DNA of 64,000 nucleotides from Alphaproteobacteria bacterium. Its GTDB lineage: Bacteria > Pseudomonadota > Alphaproteobacteria > SHVV01. Location: the NCBI GenBank assembly GCA_965261735.1, contig OZ253470.1, positions 2,784,001 through 2,848,000 on the forward strand. Direction: 5' to 3'. This document shows, piece by piece, positions 30,088 through 39,218 of the stretch (positions are counted from its first letter, which is position 1; each line of letters begins with the position of its first letter). The notes beneath the pieces were generated by a model. That model was not told the origin of the DNA. It did no database searches and saw only the letters and a list, made by a program, of their open reading frames with translations. The position numbers and the translations under genes are program-made.

Positions 30088-31573
30088 TTTGATCGCTTAC
30101 CTGTCCAGCTTAACCGTCTCGCAAGGCCGTCTCGCCGGACAGGCGTTCGCCGTGCTGCCGTGGCAACGGCGGTTTGTGCGCGGCGCCTTCTCGCCGGGCA
30201 TCCAGGCGGCGGCCCTGAGCATCGGCCGAGGCAACGGCAAGACCACGTTGCTCGCGGGGATCGCGGCGGCGACCCTGGATGGACCGCTCGCGGTGCCGCG
30301 TGGCGAGACCGTGATCGTGGCTTCGAGCTTCGAGCAAGCGAGAATCGGCTTTGAGCATGTTCTCGCATTCATGGGCGAGAAGCTGGACGATCACGCGCGC
30401 TGGAAAGTTTGGAATACAGCGCAACAAGCCCGAATCGAGGATCGCAAGACAGGCGCACGGGTGCGGTGCATCGGCTCCGATCCGCGCCGGGCGCATGGTC
30501 TGGCGCCAGTCTTGGTGTTGGCCGACGAACCTGCACAATGGCCTGAGACCACGGGCGAAAGAATGGTGTCGGCCTTGCGCACGGCGGCGGGGAAGCAACC
30601 ACATAGCCGATTCGTGGCGCTCGGCACGCGGCCGGCCGATGCCGAGCATTGGTTTTCCAAGCTGCTGACGAGCGGTGCCGACTACGCTCAAAGCCACGCG
30701 GCAAAGGCGGACGATCCGGCTTTCCAGATGCGAACATGGCGCAAGGCGAATCCGAGCCTGACCTACATGCCGGACCTGGAAGCGGCGATCCGCAACGAGG
30801 CGATCCGCGCGAAGCTGGACCCGGCCTTGCTGGCTGGCTTCGAGGCGCTACGGTTGAACCTTGGGACCAGCGACACTGAGGTATCGACGCTGCTGTCCGC
30901 CGGCCTGTGGGTGGAGATTGAGGGCGAGGCCGGGCCAGACGGGCCGGTTGTTTGGGGCGTCGACCTGGGAACGAGCGCGGCGCAATCGGCCGTCGCCGGT
31001 TTCTGGCCGGAGACTGGACGGCTTGTAAGCATCGCCGCTTTCCCGCATGACCCGTCGCTTGCCGAGCGCGGACTCCGTGACGGCGTGGGGGGTCTCTACA
31101 CCGAGTGCGCCCGGCGCGGCGAGCTGCTAACGCTCGGCGGGCGCTCGGTCGACGTTGCGGGCCTGCTTAGGGCTGCCCTGGAGCGCCTGGGGCGGCCTTC
31201 TCGGGTGGTAGCCGATCGATGGCGCGAAGCGGAGTTGCGCGACGCCCTGGAGGCCGCTGGAGTGCCGCTTGCCAACTTCGAGGCGCGGGGTATGGGGTAT
31301 CAGGATGGCGCCGCCGATGTGCGAGCTTTCCGGCGTGCCTGTGCCGATGGTCGGGTGACTTCTGTCCCGAGCCTGTTGCTGCGCAGCGCAATGGCCGAAG
31401 CGCGCACCGTGAGCGACCCGGCGGGCAATGCGAAGCTATCGAAGGGCTCCCAAGGCGGGCGCCGGCTTAGGGCTCGCGACGATGCGGCCGCAGCCGCGAT
31501 CCTGGCCGTTGCGGCGGGCGTCCGGCAACCGGCCCGGCCGCGCCCGCGTTGGCGCTATCGAGGGGTGGCGTGA
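30065..31573 (+). CDS. terL: Phage terminase large subunit
   Basis: LPWQ, Walker A GRGNGKT, Walker B LVLADEP, WRKANPSL, nuclease WGVDLG, C-terminal RDDAAAA. Confidence 0.92.
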   Translation: MTLRQTADLIAYLSSLTVSQGRLAGQAFAVLPWQRRFVRGAFSPGIQAAALSIGRGNGKTTLLAGIAAATLDGPLAVPRGETVIVASSFEQARIGFEHVLAFMGEKLDDHARWKVWNTAQQARIEDRKTGARVRCIGSDPRRAHGLAPVLVLADEPAQWPETTGERMVSALRTAAGKQPHSRFVALGTRPADAEHWFSKLLTSGADYAQSHAAKADDPAFQMRTWRKANPSLTYMPDLEAAIRNEAIRAKLDPALLAGFEALRLNLGTSDTEVSTLLSAGLWVEIEGEAGPDGPVVWGVDLGTSAAQSAVAGFWPETGRLVSIAAFPHDPSLAERGLRDGVGGLYTECARRGELLTLGGRSVDVAGLLRAALERLGRPSRVVADRWREAELRDALEAAGVPLANFEARGMGYQDGAADVRAFRRACADGRVTSVPSLLLRSAMAEARTVSDPAGNAKLSKGSQGGRRLRARDDAAAAAILAVAAGVRQPARPRPRWRYRGVA

Positions 31574-31590
31574 GCCGGGTGCACCGGTCA

Positions 31591-31824
31591 CTACGCCAGC
31601 TTGGTCGCCGACTCCCGGTATTGCGCCGCCATTTTGCGCGCTGCCTGAGCGGTCTTGCGGAGCGTGGCAGCAGAGGGGTGTATTCCTGCCACTCCGGACT
31701 CTTCATAGCGCTGCGCCATTTCATTACTGTCGTCAGCTGCTTTGTCAGCGTCCTCGGCCAACTTCAGGTATCTGGCCTTCATTTCGTCCGTCGAAATTAT
31801 CCGACGAGAATCATCTACGGTCAT
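31591..31824 (-). CDS. Small helical hypothetical protein, opposite strand inside the packaging module
   Basis: 77-aa Ala/Glu/Lys-rich ORF filling the terL-HNH gap. Confidence 0.5.
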   Translation of the reverse strand: MTVDDSRRIISTDEMKARYLKLAEDADKAADDSNEMAQRYEESGVAGIHPSAATLRKTAQAARKMAAQYRESATKLA

Positions 31825-31909
31825 ATGTCTTTGGCTCCGAAGCTTCCGAGACCGGGACGGCTCGCACTGTTTCTAGAATATGATATGTGAGCGGCTGGAA
31901 CAATTTCCA

Positions 31910-32191
31910 ATGAGCCGCCACCACGTCCAACTCAACGTTCGCCGATGGGCGGCCGTCCGCCGCGCCGTCTTCGAGCGCGACGGCTGGCGTTGTGTCGAAT
32001 GCGGCAGAGGCGGGCGCTTGGAAGCCGATCATATCACGCCGATGCAGCGCGAGCCGGGCCAAGACCCCTATGACATAAACGGGCTGCAAGCGTTGTGCCG
32101 CTCGTGCCATATCGGAAAGACAGCCCGTGAAAACCGGCGACCCCTGACCGCCGACGAAGCGGCATGGCGAGTGCTGGTCGCAAAGGCTTGA
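31910..32191 (+). CDS. HNH endonuclease (terminase-associated, HK97 gp74-like)
   Basis: RDGWRCVECG..LEADHITP...LQALCRSCH..KT. Confidence 0.9.
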   Translation: MSRHHVQLNVRRWAAVRRAVFERDGWRCVECGRGGRLEADHITPMQREPGQDPYDINGLQALCRSCHIGKTARENRRPLTADEAAWRVLVAKA

Positions 32192-32286
32192 CCGCGAATA
32201 AAGTACCGGCTAGCGTCGCCTGTGATCCTATTGGTTAGCGAGGTGGGATCGAGAGTTCAGCCACTTCGCCAAAGGATCATCCCCCC

Positions 32287-33576
32287 ATGACTACAAATCA
32301 GAAGCGGTTGCGCGAGCTTCGCGAGCGGCAATCCAAAGAACGTGGTCGCATGGCCGAGCTGGCCCTGCTCGAAACCCTGAGCGACGAGCACCGCGCCGAA
32401 CTCGACACGATCGAAAAGGGCACGAGCGATCTTGAGCGCCAATTGCGCGCGGCCACGATTGCGGCCGAGGATGAGGAAGCCGAGCAGCGGGCCGCCGGCA
32501 ATAGCGCGCGCCAGCCGGAAGGCGACGCTGAAATGCGCGAGCGGGCCGAGCTTCGCCGCAAGGTCTCCTTGGGCGCTTACGTGTCCGCTGCGATCGAGCA
32601 GCGATCCGCCGAGGGTGCGGCGGCGGAGTTCAACGCCGCGCTTGGCATCAGCGGGAATCGCTTCCCGCTCGAACTGCTCGCGCCGCCCGAGCAGCGCGCC
32701 GCCAGCGCCGAGGTCCGCGCCACAACGGACGTGGACACCATGATCACGCCGCGCCGTTGGCTCGACCGGCTATTCGCCGGCACCGCCGCCGAGCGTGTGG
32801 GCGTCACGATGGAGTCGGTTCCGGTTGGCTCCGCCAGCTATCCCGTCACCACGGCCGGCGCGAGCGCAGCGCAGCGGCAACGCTCAACCGACTCCGCCGC
32901 CGATGCGGCCTGGACGGTCGGCGTAACCGAAATGAAGCCGAAGCGAAACGCCGTCCGGTTGCTGTTCTCGATCGAGGACGGAGCGCGAATTCCGGGACTC
33001 GAATCGGCACTCACGCGTGACCTTCGCATGGCGCTGACCGAGGGCGTCGACCGTGCGATCTTCCTCGGCGATGCGGGCGCGAGCGGCACCGACGCGGACA
33101 TTACCGGGCTGCAAACGGCGACCATCACCGAGCAGACCATCACTCAGAACAACAAGATTCTGGGGCCGGGCACCCTCGCCGCTTTCACCGGACTCGTCGA
33201 CGGTATCCACGCGATGAGCTTGAGCGACCTAAAGATTGTCGCGGCAGTCGGCGCGTGGCGACTTTGGGAAAACACGATCATCAACTCGACCGCTGACAAC
33301 ATGACGCTGGCGGCGTTCCTTCGCATGGCCGGGCTGAACTGGTCGGCACGAGGAGAGATCGAGACCGCCACCTCCAACGGAGACTTCGGGGCCTTCATCG
33401 GGCGTGGAATGGGAATCAACGGTGCTGGTGTCGCGGCTATCTGGGAAGCCGGCGAGCTGATCCGCGATCCCTACTCCGGGGCTGTCAAGGGCGAGGTCGC
33501 GTTGACCTTGTGCTACCTGTGGGATTTTGCCCTGCCTCGTGCGTCGAGCTTCGCCCGAATCAAGTTCGTCACGTAG
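32287..33576 (+). CDS. Major capsid protein, HK97-like, with N-terminal coiled-coil (delta-like) domain
   Basis: Charged coiled-coil N-terminus; LTEGVDRAIFLGD, ELIRDPYSGAVKGEVALT, RASSFARI pattern. Confidence 0.85.
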   Translation: MTTNQKRLRELRERQSKERGRMAELALLETLSDEHRAELDTIEKGTSDLERQLRAATIAAEDEEAEQRAAGNSARQPEGDAEMRERAELRRKVSLGAYVSAAIEQRSAEGAAAEFNAALGISGNRFPLELLAPPEQRAASAEVRATTDVDTMITPRRWLDRLFAGTAAERVGVTMESVPVGSASYPVTTAGASAAQRQRSTDSAADAAWTVGVTEMKPKRNAVRLLFSIEDGARIPGLESALTRDLRMALTEGVDRAIFLGDAGASGTDADITGLQTATITEQTITQNNKILGPGTLAAFTGLVDGIHAMSLSDLKIVAAVGAWRLWENTIINSTADNMTLAAFLRMAGLNWSARGEIETATSNGDFGAFIGRGMGINGAGVAAIWEAGELIRDPYSGAVKGEVALTLCYLWDFALPRASSFARIKFVT

Positions 33577-33584
33577 GCCGGCCT

Positions 33585-34541
33585 ATGACGATCGAGCGTC
33601 GAACGGCCGCCGTCGAGCTGCGCGTCGAGGGTCGCCGGCTCAGCGGCACCGTGATGCGCTACGGCGAAGTGTCGCCTTCACACCGCGAGAAGTTTGAGCC
33701 GGGATCGCTGCGGATGGCCGAGGCCGTGCACCTGGACCTTGACCACGATCCCGAGCGGGCCGTCGCGTGGCATCCTGGCGGCGGGCTTGCGATCGAGAAC
33801 GGCCGCGACTCCATGACGATGCGCGCCGAGCTGCCGCCTATTCCCGCCGCCGATCGCGCTCTTGTGGACATCCGCGCCGGCAAGGTGACGGGCCTTTCGG
33901 TCGAATTTCGCGCAGTACGCGAGCGACGCGACGGCGATCTCCGGGTGATCGAGGACGCCGTGCTTGCGGGCATCGGGATCGTTCGAACGCCCAGCTACGA
34001 GCAAGCCTGCGTCGAGGCCCGCCGCCGATCGGGCCTGACCATGCGGGCGCGAATCCCTGCCGGTCGGAATGTCGAGTGCAGATGTTCTGGCGCTCAATGC
34101 AAATTCGCCAAGATCATCGGCGAGGCGTTGGCCGAAGAATTCGACATGGCGTTCGGCCAAGCCCGGAAAGAGATCATCGCCGGTTTCGGATCGTATGACA
34201 TGCCGCTGGCGTCGAGATCGGCCGGCACGTTGCGGGGCCGGATACTCGCGAGCGGCGACGGCGAGGTCGAGATAGACCTGCCGGACGACGGCGCCGGCAC
34301 CGCCACGGTCGCAGCGCATGAGGCGGCGGGCGTGATCGTTCGCCCGCATATCGACGCGAGCGCGGCCGATTCCATCGTCGAGGGCGACACGCGCGTCTAT
34401 CGAACCGCGCCGATCAGGGCATTTCTCGTCAGCGCGACGGATGCCCGCGAGGGCTGGCCAGCGCCTGAGCTGGTCGCCACGGCGGAAGATTTGGCAAGCG
34501 CCGATGCGCCTCGCGAGCGGAGGATTCCACGATGGCTGTAA
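33585..34541 (+). CDS. HK97-type prohead protease fused to a second, degenerate protease-like domain
   Basis: LSGTVMRYG, EKFEPGS, LDHD (His), GLSVEF (Ser); second half PLASRSAGTL...EIDLPD. Confidence 0.85.
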   Translation: MTIERRTAAVELRVEGRRLSGTVMRYGEVSPSHREKFEPGSLRMAEAVHLDLDHDPERAVAWHPGGGLAIENGRDSMTMRAELPPIPAADRALVDIRAGKVTGLSVEFRAVRERRDGDLRVIEDAVLAGIGIVRTPSYEQACVEARRRSGLTMRARIPAGRNVECRCSGAQCKFAKIIGEALAEEFDMAFGQARKEIIAGFGSYDMPLASRSAGTLRGRILASGDGEVEIDLPDDGAGTATVAAHEAAGVIVRPHIDASAADSIVEGDTRVYRTAPIRAFLVSATDAREGWPAPELVATAEDLASADAPRERRIPRWL

Positions 34542-34843
34542 CACTCACTGCCGCCGAGATGGCCGAGGCGATCGGCACCGACTCGGCCACGGCGACTCGG
34601 CTGCTCGCGGTGGCGACCGAGCTGGTGAACAGATACGCGCCGGACGTGCCGGGCACGATAGGGAATGAGGCGGTTATTCGTGCTGGCGGGTGGCTCGCCG
34701 AGCAACCGCCCGCCGCGATCACGAGCGAGACCGAGGGCGATGTCCGCACGTCCTATATGCCAACGGCCGTAAGCGCCCTTCGGCATTCAGGGGGAATGGC
34801 GTTGCTTTCGCCGTGGAAGATTCGGCGGGCGGGTCCGATATGA
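34532..34843 (+). CDS. Head-tail connector-like head completion protein
   Basis: 103 aa; LLAVATELVNRYAP..P..IGNEAVIR, ALLSPWK (gp6/gp15-like pattern). Confidence 0.7.
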   Translation: MAVTLTAAEMAEAIGTDSATATRLLAVATELVNRYAPDVPGTIGNEAVIRAGGWLAEQPPAAITSETEGDVRTSYMPTAVSALRHSGGMALLSPWKIRRAGPI

Positions 34844-35295
34844 GACGGCTCGCCTTGAGGCGCTTTCCCGACTCCGTCGTGCGGAGACGGCAAGCGGCTG
34901 GCGCCTTCAACGAATACGGCGAATTCAAGCCGGGCACTGTGGTCGAAACGATCTTCCCTGCGCGAGTGCAGCCGTTGTCCCTGGAGGATGCCGACTTCGC
35001 GGGCGGCGTGTCCCTGGTCGAGCGGCTGAAAGTTTATGTCCCGCAAGGCGTCGCGCGTAACCGTGGCGTGGCGGATGCCTTGGCGTGGGGCGGCTCCGTG
35101 CTGACGTGGAACGGCGAACCGATCACTTGGGGCGGCGGCGACGGGACGCTGTACTCGGAGGACTCGGTGCCGTTCCTTGCGGCGTTCGATGACCGCGAGG
35201 CCGACGTGCTGGTTTATGCGGGAATCCAGTACATCGTCGAGGAGACCAAAAGCTGGCCGCGCTACACGCGCGCAATCGCGCTCAGGGAGACCTAA
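34840..35295 (+). CDS. Head-closure/adaptor-like protein with Trp-Gly repeat insertion
   Basis: FNEYGE, ARVQP, LKVYVP, DVLVYAGIQYIVE beta pattern; LAWGGSV-LTWNGEP-ITWGGGD insertion. Confidence 0.6.
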   Translation: MRRLALRRFPDSVVRRRQAAGAFNEYGEFKPGTVVETIFPARVQPLSLEDADFAGGVSLVERLKVYVPQGVARNRGVADALAWGGSVLTWNGEPITWGGGDGTLYSEDSVPFLAAFDDREADVLVYAGIQYIVEETKSWPRYTRAIALRET

Positions 35296-35298
35296 GCC

Positions 35299-36357
35299 AT
35301 GCGCTGGCCCTGGCAACGCCACGAGACCCGCGAATCGATCGGCGGCTATACCGAGATCATCAGCCGTCTAGTCGAGGCGCAGGCGGCCGGGACAACCCAG
35401 CTCGCGAGCGCGACCGCGGCGACCGAGGCGACCGCGGGGCTCCTATCGAGATCATTTGCCGCGGCGACGGTCGAGGGGCCGGGCGACGTCGCCGGGATCG
35501 TGACGCCGCGATGCTTGGCTCAAGTCGGCCGCGACCTGATTCGCGTCGGCGAGTCGCTGCATGTTCTCCGCTACATGGGCGGCCGTCTGCTGCTGATCCC
35601 GGCCTCAACGTGGTACTGGGAAGGCAACGCGGACCCGGCCACCTGGCTATGCACGGCGACGGCCTACGGGCCAAGCGGATCGAGCACATGGCGCGTTCCG
35701 CAATCGTCGGTCGTGTTCGTCACCTGGGGATCGCCGACCGCCCGCCCCTATCACGGACTCTCGCCGTCAAGCTGGGCGGCCGATACCGCCCGCTTGAATG
35801 CGAACACCGAGCGCAGTCTGGCGGATGAGGCCAGCGGACCAGTCGCCCAACTATTGCCGGTGCCGCAAGACGGCGGCGACGGAGGCGACGACGATCCCCT
35901 CACCTCGTTAAAGAGCGACATCAAAGCGGCGCGTGGCAAGGCGCTGTTGGTCGAGACGGTCAACGCCGGTTGGGGCGAAGGGAAGCCCGCCGCCCCGCAA
36001 TCCGATTGGAAGCAACAACGGCTTGGGCCTGCACCGACCGAGGCCATGGTCAAGCTTGCCGAGGCGGCGTTTGATCGCGTGCTAGCCGCGTCGGGCTGTT
36101 CACCGGCGCTGTTTGACGATAGCGACGGGACCAGCAAGCGCGAGGCGCTGAGGCAATGGCACCTTGGCGTCGTCATGCCGCTGGCCCGACAGATTGAGCA
36201 TGAGTTGACGGCGAAGCTCGAAACCGACGTGCGGCTTCGCTTTGACTTGTACAACACCGATCTCGCGGGCCGGGCCCAGGCGTTTCAAAAGCTGGTCGCG
36301 GGCGGCGTGGGCGTCATGGACGCACTCACGACAACCGGGCTCTTGGCCGATGACTAA
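35299..36357 (+). CDS. Phage portal protein
   Basis: [50 protein letters not shown]. Confidence 0.85.
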   Translation: MRWPWQRHETRESIGGYTEIISRLVEAQAAGTTQLASATAATEATAGLLSRSFAAATVEGPGDVAGIVTPRCLAQVGRDLIRVGESLHVLRYMGGRLLLIPASTWYWEGNADPATWLCTATAYGPSGSSTWRVPQSSVVFVTWGSPTARPYHGLSPSSWAADTARLNANTERSLADEASGPVAQLLPVPQDGGDGGDDDPLTSLKSDIKAARGKALLVETVNAGWGEGKPAAPQSDWKQQRLGPAPTEAMVKLAEAAFDRVLAASGCSPALFDDSDGTSKREALRQWHLGVVMPLARQIEHELTAKLETDVRLRFDLYNTDLAGRAQAFQKLVAGGVGVMDALTTTGLLADD

Positions 36358-36775
36358 GCCGTGCTCGGTTGGGGGCTGCGAGCAGCCCGTGACGGCGCAG
36401 GGCCGCTGCGATACTCATTACCGCGGCGCCCGCCGAGCCGGTGAAATTGGGATCGTTCGACCGCGCAACCCCGGCATCTGTTCTATCGACGCCTGCGAGC
36501 GCTCAAAAAAGTGTCGCGGTTTGTGCGCGTATCACTACAAACGATGGTGGCTTTGGGGCGATCCCCTGGTGCCGTTGCGCCCTCTTCTGCGGTTTTCGGA
36601 CGAGGACCTCCGCAGGATGCACGAACATCTCGACGGCATACCGCCAGGCCGACGCGCCGAACAAGGGGAGGTGATCTTTCTTGCCTTGATCCTTGGGCGG
36701 GAGCCGCGCGCGGTGCATCGAAAACTTTGCGACTTGAGGGTGGAGCGGCGGGAAGCTCAAGCCGCTCTGAGCTGA
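36350..36775 (+). CDS. Hypothetical protein with two C-x4-C...C-x2-HY zinc-finger repeats
   Basis: [20 protein letters not shown] and [23 protein letters not shown]. Confidence 0.7.
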   Translation: MTKPCSVGGCEQPVTAQGRCDTHYRGARRAGEIGIVRPRNPGICSIDACERSKKCRGLCAYHYKRWWLWGDPLVPLRPLLRFSDEDLRRMHEHLDGIPPGRRAEQGEVIFLALILGREPRAVHRKLCDLRVERREAQAALS

Positions 36776-36804
36776 AAAGGGGGACATCATGCCCCCCCCT
36801 TTTT
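36775..36804 (+). terminator. Probable rho-independent terminator ending the element's + strand operon
   Basis: aaaagggggacatcatgccccccctttttg: G/C stem with U-tract. Confidence 0.55.
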
Positions 36805-36870
36805 GCCTACATAGTGCCTACATGGCGCTTATACCGCGTTGACTAAGTTCCTCTAAGTCATTGAAAAGCA

Positions 36871-36945
<75 letters not shown>

Positions 36946-37107
36946 GCCGGCGGGGCCGGGAGATGTCGGCCGCTGCTTTCGCGCCCCGCTCCATCGCGGG
37001 CGGCGACCCTCGCGCTGCCCGCGCGTCCCCCTTTGCCAAATACTGCTATCCTTCACAAGCCTTTTCTGCCGCCGGCACGCGGCCGGGACGTGGAGGAGCC
37101 GCGCACG

Positions 37108-37830
37108 ATGACGCCGCCCCAGGCCCCGCAGGGGCGTGCGCGCTGGCTGGTCGCGCTCGCGGCCGCCGCGGCAATCGCCGCACTCGTTATCTTCCTCGTG
37201 TTCCGCTTCCCGGGCGCGCTTACGGGGCGCGGCGAACGCGCGAGCCTCGTCTACGGGCTGTTGCTGCTGGTGCTCGTCGGCGGCAGCCTGCTGCTGCGCT
37301 GGCATGGACGGCCGATGTTTGCTGTGCGCCACGCGCTCATCTGGCTCGGCATCGCGCTGCTGCTGCTGATCGGCTACAGCTTTCGCGCCGATCTCGCGCT
37401 CAATCCCCACATCGACCGGGTGTTCGGCGAGCTCGTCCCGTTCTCGGCGCAGGTTGGTGCAGACGGCGCGCTCAGCGTGCGCGCGGCGCGCGACGGCCAC
37501 TACTACATCGAGGCCCGCATCGACGACCGCCCCGTGCGCTTCCTGGTCGATACCGGCGCCTCCGACGTGATCCTGCGGCCGTGGGATGCGCGCGAGTTGG
37601 GTTACGACCTCGCCCGCCTGTCCTTCACCCGCCCGTTCGAGACCGCGGGCGGGCCGGTGCGGGGCGCCGCCGTGCGGCTCGGCCGCTTCACCATCGGCGG
37701 GCTCGAATTCCCCGAGGTGAACACCTGGGTGAGCAGCGAGCCGATGGGCCATTCGTTGCTCGGCATGAGCTTTCTCGCCCGCCTCGAGGCCTACGAGTTT
37801 CGCGACGATACGCTGACGCTGCGGCCCTGA
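37108..37830 (+). CDS. TIGR02281-like clan AA aspartic protease
   Basis: 3 TMs; DGHYY, FLVDTGAS, SLLGMSFL. Confidence 0.92.
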   Translation: MTPPQAPQGRARWLVALAAAAAIAALVIFLVFRFPGALTGRGERASLVYGLLLLVLVGGSLLLRWHGRPMFAVRHALIWLGIALLLLIGYSFRADLALNPHIDRVFGELVPFSAQVGADGALSVRAARDGHYYIEARIDDRPVRFLVDTGASDVILRPWDARELGYDLARLSFTRPFETAGGPVRGAAVRLGRFTIGGLEFPEVNTWVSSEPMGHSLLGMSFLARLEAYEFRDDTLTLRP

Positions 37831-39218
37831 ACCACCGCGCCACCGTCGCTCGGCGCCGGCAGGGTCTCGCCCGGCGGCGCCAGCGCGGGCCGCGCGGCCG
37901 CTTCGATGACGCCTACCGGCTCGGCTCCGCCAACCTCGGCCGGGGCGCGCCACGCCAGCTGGTCAAAGGCGCCGCACGTGGGGCAGAAGTGCCGCCACTC
38001 GGCGCCGCTCCAGCCGCAGCCCGCGCAGGTCCAGGCCGGAGCGGGCGCACCGTCGGCGCGCCGGCGCCAGGCCTCGGCCCCGGCGCCGGTGCCGTTCTCG
38101 CCGACCTCGATCCGCGTCATCAGCAGGCACAAGCGCGCTTCCGGCTCATCGCGCATCACGGGCTCGAGGTGTGCGCGCACATCGGTCCAGTCCTCCGCCG
38201 CGAGCGCCGCCTCGGCGAGCGCGATGCGGGTCTCGCGGTGGCCGTGGTTGGCGGCATCGAGCTTGGCGTAGTGGCGCCGGCGCCGGCCCGCGTCTTCGCC
38301 CGCGCGCAGATCGTGGAAGGCGGCCGCGAGGTCGGGGTGGGGCGCGAGCGCCCAGGTGGCCAGGATCGCCGACTCGGCCTGGCGCGGCTGCTTCGCACCC
38401 GCCGCGAGGCGCGCCAGCAGGACGGCCGCAGGTACGAAGGCGCGCTCCAGCCGATGGGCCTCGCCGGCATGGTTCAGTGCCTCGCGGGTCTGCCCGGCAT
38501 CCGCGGCGGCCTTCGCCCGGGCGTAGCGGGCGAGCGTACGGCGCCGCCGCGCAGCCGCGGGTTGCAGCGCGCCGGCCTTCACGGCCGGTGCCAACGCCTC
38601 TTCGGCGGCCCGCCAGTTGCCGGCCCGGGCTTCGAGATCGAAGAGCGCGCCGAGCGGCCAGGCCGCGCCCGGGCGCAAGACGCGCGCGCGCCGGGCGTAG
38701 GCCAGCGCCGCGATATCGTCGCCGGCCCGGTGCGCGTCGCCGGCGAGCCCGCGTAAGCCCAGATGCTCGGTCTCGGGAGCCGCCAGCATGGCCGAAAAGT
38801 GGCGCCGCGCCGCCACCGGGTCGCCGGCAAGGCGCGCCGCCTCGGCCGCGAGCAGCCGACCGAGCGGTGGCTCCTCGAGGAGCGCGTCGGCTCGGCTCGC
38901 CTGCCGCGTCGCCTCGCGGGCATCGCCCGCGACGACCGCCGCCATGCCATGCACCAGCGCGAGATAGCCGCGGCGCTCACGCTCGGCCGCGCGCTTCGCG
39001 GCGAGCCGCGCCGGGCCCCGGCGAAGCCAGCGCCAGGCGCGGTAGATGAACCCAACAGCCACGATCAGCGCCGCCATCATGAGAAGCGCGACGGCGACCG
39101 TGGTCTCAACGCGGTAGCCGGGCACGTCGAGCACGACGCGGCCGGGCCGGTCGGCCACCCACACGGATGCCGCGATCACGACGGCGAGAAGAACGGTGGC
39201 GGCGAGGAAGCGAATCAC
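37791..39218 (-). CDS. HemY N-terminal domain / TPR protein
   Basis: WVADRPGRV, TPR-like helices, APHPDL, C-terminal CAGC...CPTC; hemC operon position. Confidence 0.88.
   Translation of the reverse strand: MIRFLAATVLLAVVIAASVWVADRPGRVVLDVPGYRVETTVAVALLMMAALIVAVGFIYRAWRWLRRGPARLAAKRAAERERRGYLALVHGMAAVVAGDAREATRQASRADALLEEPPLGRLLAAEAARLAGDPVAARRHFSAMLAAPETEHLGLRGLAGDAHRAGDDIAALAYARRARVLRPGAAWPLGALFDLEARAGNWRAAEEALAPAVKAGALQPAAARRRRTLARYARAKAAADAGQTREALNHAGEAHRLERAFVPAAVLLARLAAGAKQPRQAESAILATWALAPHPDLAAAFHDLRAGEDAGRRRRHYAKLDAANHGHRETRIALAEAALAAEDWTDVRAHLEPVMRDEPEARLCLLMTRIEVGENGTGAGAEAWRRRADGAPAPAWTCAGCGWSGAEWRHFCPTCGAFDQLAWRAPAEVGGAEPVGVIEAAARPALAPPGETLPAPSDGGAVVQGRSVSVSSRNS

Noticed and set aside
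36963-38756. 597-aa Arg/Ala-rich ORF and similar overlapping ORFs
   Set aside because: Alternative-frame artefacts over the aspartic protease and hemY genes
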